Positions 58,347 through 64,000 of a stretch of 64,000 nt of DNA are shown here, piece by piece. The notes beneath the pieces are model-generated. The model did not search any database and had not been told where the DNA came from. It saw only the letters and a list, made by a program, of their open reading frames with translations. The DNA comes from Vicinamibacteria bacterium (GTDB lineage: Bacteria > Acidobacteriota > Vicinamibacteria > Marinacidobacterales > Marinacidobacteraceae). The DNA is taken from contig CAXXLQ010000004.1 in assembly GCA_963668695.2 (NCBI GenBank), positions 160,001-224,000 on the forward strand. The letters are read 5' to 3'. Both the position numbers and the translations under genes were made by a program. How positions within the stretch are numbered: the first letter of the stretch is position 1; every line of letters begins with the position of its first letter.

Positions 58347-60295
58347 ATCCCCGGACGACCGACGACCCAGCGCGACCCTGGCGGGGCCGCCGGCCGTCGC
58401 GGCTTGCGCTCCGGCTGACGGCGGCAAGCCTGCTGGTCGCGCTGGCGGCGCTGTTCGCGGTGCTCGCGACCACGGCGCAGGTCGTGAGAGAAAGCGCCGT
58501 CGCTTCCACCTTCGCCAACCTGGACGGAGTTGCCGAGGTGGGGCTCGCCAACCCGCCGGTGGAACCCTCCGCGGAGGCTCTTCGGGAGTGGGCCATGGCG
58601 CTCGCCTCCTTCGAGGCGGACGCCAGGGCCGAGGGAGCCACTCCGACGCGGCCCGAGCGGCGGGTCACGCTCATTGCGCTCGATGGGACTGTGCTCGCGG
58701 ATTCCCACGAAGACGCCCGGACCATGGACAACCATCGGGACCGCCCTGAAATAAGCGCCGCCTTTGCCACCGGCTATGGCCGCTCGCAGCGCTTCAGCGA
58801 CACTCGCGGCGAGGACCTCACCTACGTGGCGGTGAGGATCCCGGAGCGTGAAGCGACGGTGCTGCGCCTCTCGGAACCGGTTGTCCAACTGGAAGAAACC
58901 GTGAGCACCATCCTGACTCCGGTGGTCGTGGTGACGCTCCTCGCCTTCATCGTTGCCGCCGGGTTCTCCTTCTGGTATGCGGCCCGCTTCGGCAAGCGCG
59001 TGGCGCGGCTCCGCCGGTTCTCGGAACGGGTGGCCCGAGGTGATTTCACACCGGAGGCCGCGCCTCTCAAGATGGACGAACTCGACCAGTTGCTGGCTTC
59101 CCTCAACCGGACGGCGCGGGAACTGCAGCGCAGTTTCCAGTCCCTGACCGCCGAGAAGAACCAGGGCGCCACGATCCTGTCAAGCGTGGCCGAGGGCGTC
59201 GCGGTCTTCGACGAGGAACTCCGGATCCAGTATGTGAACGGCGCCTTTCGCGAGGTGCTTTCCCTTCCGGGCGAGTCGTGGCGGGACTATCGGGGGCGCG
59301 ACGCCCGGAACGTCCTCGAGAAAAAGCGCCTCCTGAAGATGGTCCGAGCCGCGATGAAGGGCAAGTCTCGTGAACGCGAGATCTCCCTGAACGGAAGGGA
59401 GGTTCTGGTCCGCGCGGCCCCCATCCGTTCCGCCGAGCCCGAAGTGCCGATGGCTTCCCAGCTCGAAGGAAACGGTCTCGAAGGAAACGGTTCTGCGGGG
59501 TCCGAGCCGGCGGGGGCGGTACTGGTGCTCTTGGACGTGACCCAACTCCACGCGCTGGAGCGGATGCGGCGCGACTTCGTGGCCAATCTCTCCCACGAAC
59601 TCAGAACGCCCCTGACCGCGATTCGGGGTTTTTCGGAAACGCTACTGGACGGAGACCTGGAAGACGTGCCGGAGCAAAAGCGTTTCCTCGGGATCATTCG
59701 GCGGCATTCCGTCCGGCTTTCACATCTCACGGACGACCTGCTGCAGCTCGCCCGGATCGAGGCAGGCAAACAGGAGACCGAAACCGTTCCCGTCCAAGTG
59801 GACGCGCTGGTCGAGTCGGTCGTGGAATCGGCGCGAGTGAAGGCGGGGGCGCGGAAGCTCACAACGGCGGGTTCCCGAGAGCCGGTGCAGATCTACACCG
59901 ACCCAACCCTGCTGACGGAGATCCTGCAAAACCTGGTGGACAACGCCATCCAGTACTCCGGGGAAAACGGACGGGTCGAGGTCGCGACCGAGTGCTCGGC
60001 GGGCGAAGCCTTGATCTCGGTCACTGACAACGGCGTGGGAATCCCCAAGGCCCACCAAAGCCGGATCTTCGAACGCTTTTACCGGGTGGATCCGGCTCGC
60101 TCGCGTGAAGTGGGCGGCACGGGACTCGGCCTCGCCATCGCCAAGCACACCGCGGACCTCCTGGGTGGGCGCATCGAGGTCGAGAGTGCGCCGGACCGCG
60201 GCTCGCGGTTCACCGTCGCCTTGCCGGTCGGCGGCCCGAACGCTCCGCCTCACGAGGTGAGCGCCGACGACGACCCCGGCCACCTTCTGGCCTAG
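58343..60295 (+). CDS. phoR: PhoR-like sensor histidine kinase (HAMP-PAS-HisKA-HATPase)
   Basis: MDNHRDRPEI, RRDFVANLSHELRTPL, NLVDNA, RIFERFYRVD, GGTGLGLAI. Confidence 0.88.
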   Translation: MNPRTTDDPARPWRGRRPSRLALRLTAASLLVALAALFAVLATTAQVVRESAVASTFANLDGVAEVGLANPPVEPSAEALREWAMALASFEADARAEGATPTRPERRVTLIALDGTVLADSHEDARTMDNHRDRPEISAAFATGYGRSQRFSDTRGEDLTYVAVRIPEREATVLRLSEPVVQLEETVSTILTPVVVVTLLAFIVAAGFSFWYAARFGKRVARLRRFSERVARGDFTPEAAPLKMDELDQLLASLNRTARELQRSFQSLTAEKNQGATILSSVAEGVAVFDEELRIQYVNGAFREVLSLPGESWRDYRGRDARNVLEKKRLLKMVRAAMKGKSREREISLNGREVLVRAAPIRSAEPEVPMASQLEGNGLEGNGSAGSEPAGAVLVLLDVTQLHALERMRRDFVANLSHELRTPLTAIRGFSETLLDGDLEDVPEQKRFLGIIRRHSVRLSHLTDDLLQLARIEAGKQETETVPVQVDALVESVVESARVKAGARKLTTAGSREPVQIYTDPTLLTEILQNLVDNAIQYSGENGRVEVATECSAGEALISVTDNGVGIPKAHQSRIFERFYRVDPARSREVGGTGLGLAIAKHTADLLGGRIEVESAPDRGSRFTVALPVGGPNAPPHEVSADDDPGHLLA

Positions 60296-62252
60296 CACTG
60301 GTGCTGCGGGCAGGCTCGGCGCCGAGCCCGAATTCCAGATCGCCAAGAAGCGTATCCACCCGGACCAGTTGGGCTTCGAGAGAATCACCGATCCGGAAAC
60401 TCCGGCCGGTCGCCGGACACCGGAGCGAATAGTCCTGCCGGTGGAAGCGGAAGCGCCCGCCCGGTAGCAGCTCCATCGGGACGGTACCGCGGGCGGGAAT
60501 GCCCTCGAGTTCGATCGCGAGACCAAAACGGCCGGTCTCGGAAACGCGGGCGGCGAAGGTGTCCCCGAGCCGCCCCGCGAGGAGGCGGGCGATCCGGCGT
60601 TCCACCAGGTCCCTCTCGGCGGCCTCGGCGCTTCGCTCGGCCCCGGAACAGGTGGCCGCCAGCGCCGGCAGCGCCTGGAGGTGCAGATGCCCGGCAAGAT
60701 CCGTCCCGGCGGCCAGCGCCCGGTGGGCGATGAGGTCCGGGTACCGCCGGATGGGTGAAGTGAAATGGGTGTAATCCGGCAGCGCCAGCGCAAAGTGCCC
60801 CTCGCCGCGGGGCGAGTACTCCGCCTTCTTCATGGCCCGGAGAAGCCTCCGGCGGAGGAAGGGCGCTTCCGGGCGGTCTTTGATGCGCGCCAGCAGCCGG
60901 GCGCAGTGCACGGGCCGGAGCGGCTCTGAGGGAACACGCAATCGTTCTCCAAAGCCGGTCAGGAGATCCTCGAAGGCGTCGATCCGGGTTTCGTCGGGAG
61001 ATCCGTGGACGCGGTGGAGAGCTGCCGTTTTGGTGGTTCGGAGGTGCTCGGCTACCGCCTGGTTGGCCAGGAGCATGAAATCCTCTACCAGGCGGTGTGC
61101 GTCGTTTCGCTCGGCGTAGCGGGCGTCCACCAGGTTGCCCGCCGCGTCGGAGGTGACCACCGGTTCGGGCAGGTCGAGATCCATCGCACCGCGCTGGAGG
61201 CGCGCTCTTCCCAACAAAGCGGCGGCGCGGCCCATCGTCCGGACGGCCGTTCCGATCGGACCGGCATCGTCCCCGTCCCCCGCGAGCAGGCGCGCCCCGT
61301 CCTCGTAGGACAGCCGGGCAACGCTTCGGATCAGGCTTCGGGAAAAACGCGCCTCACGAAGCCGCCCCTCCGAGTCGATCCGCAGGTTCGCCGACTGCAC
61401 CAGCCGGTCAACCTCGGGAAACAGCGAGCAGATGCCCGAGGAGAGCGCTTCGGGCAGCATCGGGATGGCGCGCTCGGGGAAGTACACCGAGGTCCCCCGC
61501 CGCGCCGCCTCCTCGTCCACCGGACTGCCGGGCGGAACGTAGTGGCTGACGTCGGCGATGTGGACACCGATCTCGAAGCCGCCGTCGGGAAGCTCGGTCG
61601 CCTCGATCGCGTCGTCGTGGTCGCGCGCGTCTTCCGGATCCATCGTCAGGATCAGGCGGCCGCGGAGGTCCTGGCGCCCGCCGAGTTCGCTTGCGGAGAC
61701 CGCACCCGGAGCGGCCGCCGCCTGGGCGAGGGCCGCTGGGGGAAACTCGTCCCGGATACCGTGCCGCGCGAGCACCGCGAGGAGCTCCGCCCCCGGGTCG
61801 TCGGCGGCGCCGAATACTGCCGTTATTTCTCCGACCACCGGCTTCCCGGGTGCCGGGAAGCGGCGAATCCGGACCTCCACCAGGTCCCCGGGGCGAGCGC
61901 CGCCGGAAGGCACGAGAATCTCGCGCGCCCACTGCCGATCCCACACCGCGACGGTCCGCTCCGCGGTGAACAGCCCGACAACCCGAGCGGTCTTTCGGGT
62001 GAGTACCCGCACGACCGCACCCTCAAGCCGGCCGCGCCGGGTCCGAAAAGAAACCTCGGCCTCGACCAGATCCCCCGGCAGAGCCCCACCAACCCGGCTG
62101 CCGGTGACGTGGATGTCTTCCAGCGATTCACGGCCCTCCGGCACAACCCAGCCGTCGCCCTGAGATCGTCCCTGAAAACGCCCCCGGACCATACGGGACG
62201 GATCGCGCTCGCCCCTCCGGCGCCGCCTCGCGCCGTGACTCGATCTGGCCAC
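60210..62252 (-). CDS. rnr: Ribonuclease R (RNB family)
   Basis: DPEDARDHDDA, VHIADVSHYV, RGTSVYFP, EDFMLLAN, YTHFTSPIRRYPDL, Arg-rich tail. Confidence 0.93.
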   Translation of the reverse strand: MARSSHGARRRRRGERDPSRMVRGRFQGRSQGDGWVVPEGRESLEDIHVTGSRVGGALPGDLVEAEVSFRTRRGRLEGAVVRVLTRKTARVVGLFTAERTVAVWDRQWAREILVPSGGARPGDLVEVRIRRFPAPGKPVVGEITAVFGAADDPGAELLAVLARHGIRDEFPPAALAQAAAAPGAVSASELGGRQDLRGRLILTMDPEDARDHDDAIEATELPDGGFEIGVHIADVSHYVPPGSPVDEEAARRGTSVYFPERAIPMLPEALSSGICSLFPEVDRLVQSANLRIDSEGRLREARFSRSLIRSVARLSYEDGARLLAGDGDDAGPIGTAVRTMGRAAALLGRARLQRGAMDLDLPEPVVTSDAAGNLVDARYAERNDAHRLVEDFMLLANQAVAEHLRTTKTAALHRVHGSPDETRIDAFEDLLTGFGERLRVPSEPLRPVHCARLLARIKDRPEAPFLRRRLLRAMKKAEYSPRGEGHFALALPDYTHFTSPIRRYPDLIAHRALAAGTDLAGHLHLQALPALAATCSGAERSAEAAERDLVERRIARLLAGRLGDTFAARVSETGRFGLAIELEGIPARGTVPMELLPGGRFRFHRQDYSLRCPATGRSFRIGDSLEAQLVRVDTLLGDLEFGLGAEPARSTSARPEGGRGRRRRSPREAERSGRRPARRR

Positions 62253-62280
62253 CAGCCTGCTAAACTCGCGCGCTCCGCGG

Positions 62281-62364
62281 GCCGAAGTGGCGGAACGGCA
62301 GACGCGCTGCGTTCAGGGCGCAGTACTCCTTGCGAGTGTCAGGGTTCAAATCCCTGCTTCGGCA
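62281..62364 (+). tRNA. tRNA-Leu (anticodon CAG)
   Basis: acceptor stem GCCGAAG/CTTCGGC-A, anticodon arm CTGCG-TTCAGGG-CGCAG, long variable arm, TTCAAAT T-loop; CCA not fully encoded. Confidence 0.95.
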
Positions 62365-62368
62365 CCGC

Positions 62369-63285
62369 GCGCTGGTCGGCGTAGGGGTGGGGCGCACCGG
62401 CGTGGTCCGGGGCAGAAACACAATCATTGGTCAGGCGGGCGCCCCACCCCTACGCCGAACGGCACTTCGTGCCTCCGAATCGGAACTCGCCGCATCTGTG
62501 CGGGGAAAGTCTGAACCATCAAGCACGATCCCTACGCGGCGAGTTCCGATTCGCGCTGTCTGTCTTGTGAACGGGGGGCAGGCCCCCCTTTCACTCTTTC
62601 CCCCCGATACCGGCGGGCAGCGAACAAAGTTCGCTGCCATTGTTTTCCCGTGGGTCAGCACACCTCCACCCGGACAGAACGAGCCGCCGCTCAGGGAACA
62701 CCAGCGCTGGTCGGCGTAGGGGTGGGGCGCACCGGCGTGGTCCGGGGCAGAAACACAATCATTGGTCAGGCGGGCGCCCCACCCCTACGCCGAACGGCAC
62801 TTCGTGCCTCCGAATCGGAACTCGCCGCATCTGTGCGGGGAAAGTCTGAACCATCAAGCACGATCCCTACGCGGCGAGTTCCGATTCGCGCTGTCTGTCT
62901 TGTGAACGGGGGGCAGGCCCCCCTTTCACTCTTTCCCCCCGATACCGGCGGGCAGCGAACAAAGTTCGCTGCCATTGTTTTCCCGTGGGTCAGCACACCT
63001 CCACCCGAACAGAACGAGCCGCCGCTCAGGGAACACCAGCGCTGGTCGGCGTAGGGGTGGGGCGCACCGGCGTGGTCCGGGGCAGAAACACAATCATTGG
63101 TCAGGCGGGCGCCCCACCCCTACGCCGAACGGCACTTCGTGCCTCCGAATCGGAACTCGCCGCATCGTGCTTGTAAAGTCTGAACCATAAGCACGATCTA
63201 GCCGCAGGCGAGTTCCCTTTCGCGCTGTCCTTCTTGTGAACGGGGGAGTACCCCCGCCCACACCCACCCCCCGTTCACGCCGTGC
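62369..63285. repeat. 335-bp tandem repeat (two full copies plus a third that diverges) directly after tRNA-Leu
   Basis: unit starts at 62369, 62704 and 63039; third copy diverges after ~63166; rich in hairpins. Confidence 0.95.
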
Positions 63286-63798
63286 GGGAACGCCGGTCTT
63301 CAGACCGGCACCGCTGCCCACAGGGCAGCGAAAGGGAAAGACGCCAAACACCGGCATGGCTCCCGTCTCGGCACGTACCCCCGTGGGAGGAGTGGCCCGC
63401 AGGCACGGGAACGCCGGACCTCCGGTCGGCATCGCGCGGGAGCGCGAAACCAGCGTCGATGAACGCCTTTCATGACCCGCGGGGTGGCCAGGAGGATCCG
63501 ATCATGGGTTTCTCCCGATGGGGACCGGCGTCGCAGCACGCAGCGCAGCGACAACCGTGACACCCCTCGGACTTTCACAGTGAGAAGAAATCGCCGGGAA
63601 TTCCGTCAATAGATGGTGGCGGGGAGTCTTCCGGTGCTCTCCGCATTGCGACCCGGCCGCTCGTGAACCCGAGGAGGTTCCCCCAAGCAGGACCATCTGG
63701 CAGGCGAAGCCATTGCGGAATCGACCGCGGACCGGCCAGGGCCGGTTGCTCCCGCCCACGACGCGGAGTACTCTCGTTCCCGGCGGACAAAAGGGGAA

Positions 63799-64000
63799 GT
63801 GCCCGACACCGGACCGGCGACGGAAATGCGGCAGGCCGTTGGCGGAAACGGTCGCGAGCCCACCATCCGCGAGTTGCAGAGCGGCATCCAGGCAAACCGG
63901 CGGCGGATCGTCCGGCTGGAGAAACAGACAAGGAAGGGATTCAAACGGCAGCACCGGGAAACGAGGGAACTGCGCGATCTCCAGAATCAGCTGCTGGGTC
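63799..64000 (+). CDS. Hypothetical coiled-coil protein (3'-truncated by window edge)
   Basis: AAGGGGAA before GTG 63799; open frame ...PTIRELQSGIQANRRRIVRLEKQTRKG... to the window end. Confidence 0.4.
   Translation, partial: MPDTGPATEMRQAVGGNGREPTIRELQSGIQANRRRIVRLEKQTRKGFKRQHRETRELRDLQNQLLG

Noticed and set aside
62340-64000. Prophage or integrative island at tRNA-Leu
   Set aside because: No integrase and no clear att duplication of the tRNA 3' end inside the window; it cannot be excluded beyond the edge.

Overview
High-GC bacterial chromosomal window. An ADOP-type duplicated permease and the general gene content suggest Acidobacteriota, but that is an inference. Housekeeping and metabolic genes: carB (5'-truncated), patB/malY, larA and larC, ispB, tatD, fur, radC, selB, apaH, ppx, pheA, phoB/phoR, rnr, rnpB and tRNA-Leu(CAG). 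Accessory content: a probable hydroxyproline/proline catabolic cluster, a comEA-fimT competence pair, two toxin-antitoxin loci and a partly decayed Pho-box-controlled cluster. The intergenic DNA is unusually rich in non-autonomous repeats: (i) two MITE-like families sharing RCAGCC(T/C/G)GTGG...CCAC(A/C)GGCTGY ends, mostly at YTAR-like sites, often at stop codons and sometimes inside genes; (ii) a REP-like palindrome family; (iii) an 18-bp unit, CCAGTTCTCCCGGTGGGG, present or absent at several different sites inside both of those host repeats; (iv) a ~320-bp multi-hairpin element with compensatory base changes, duplicated at two loci, one directly behind the tRNA; (v) a two-phase 32-bp tandem array. 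I recognised no transposase, integrase or cas gene. All calls are by eye from the sequence and ORF track; no database search was run, and start codons and counts are approximate where stated.
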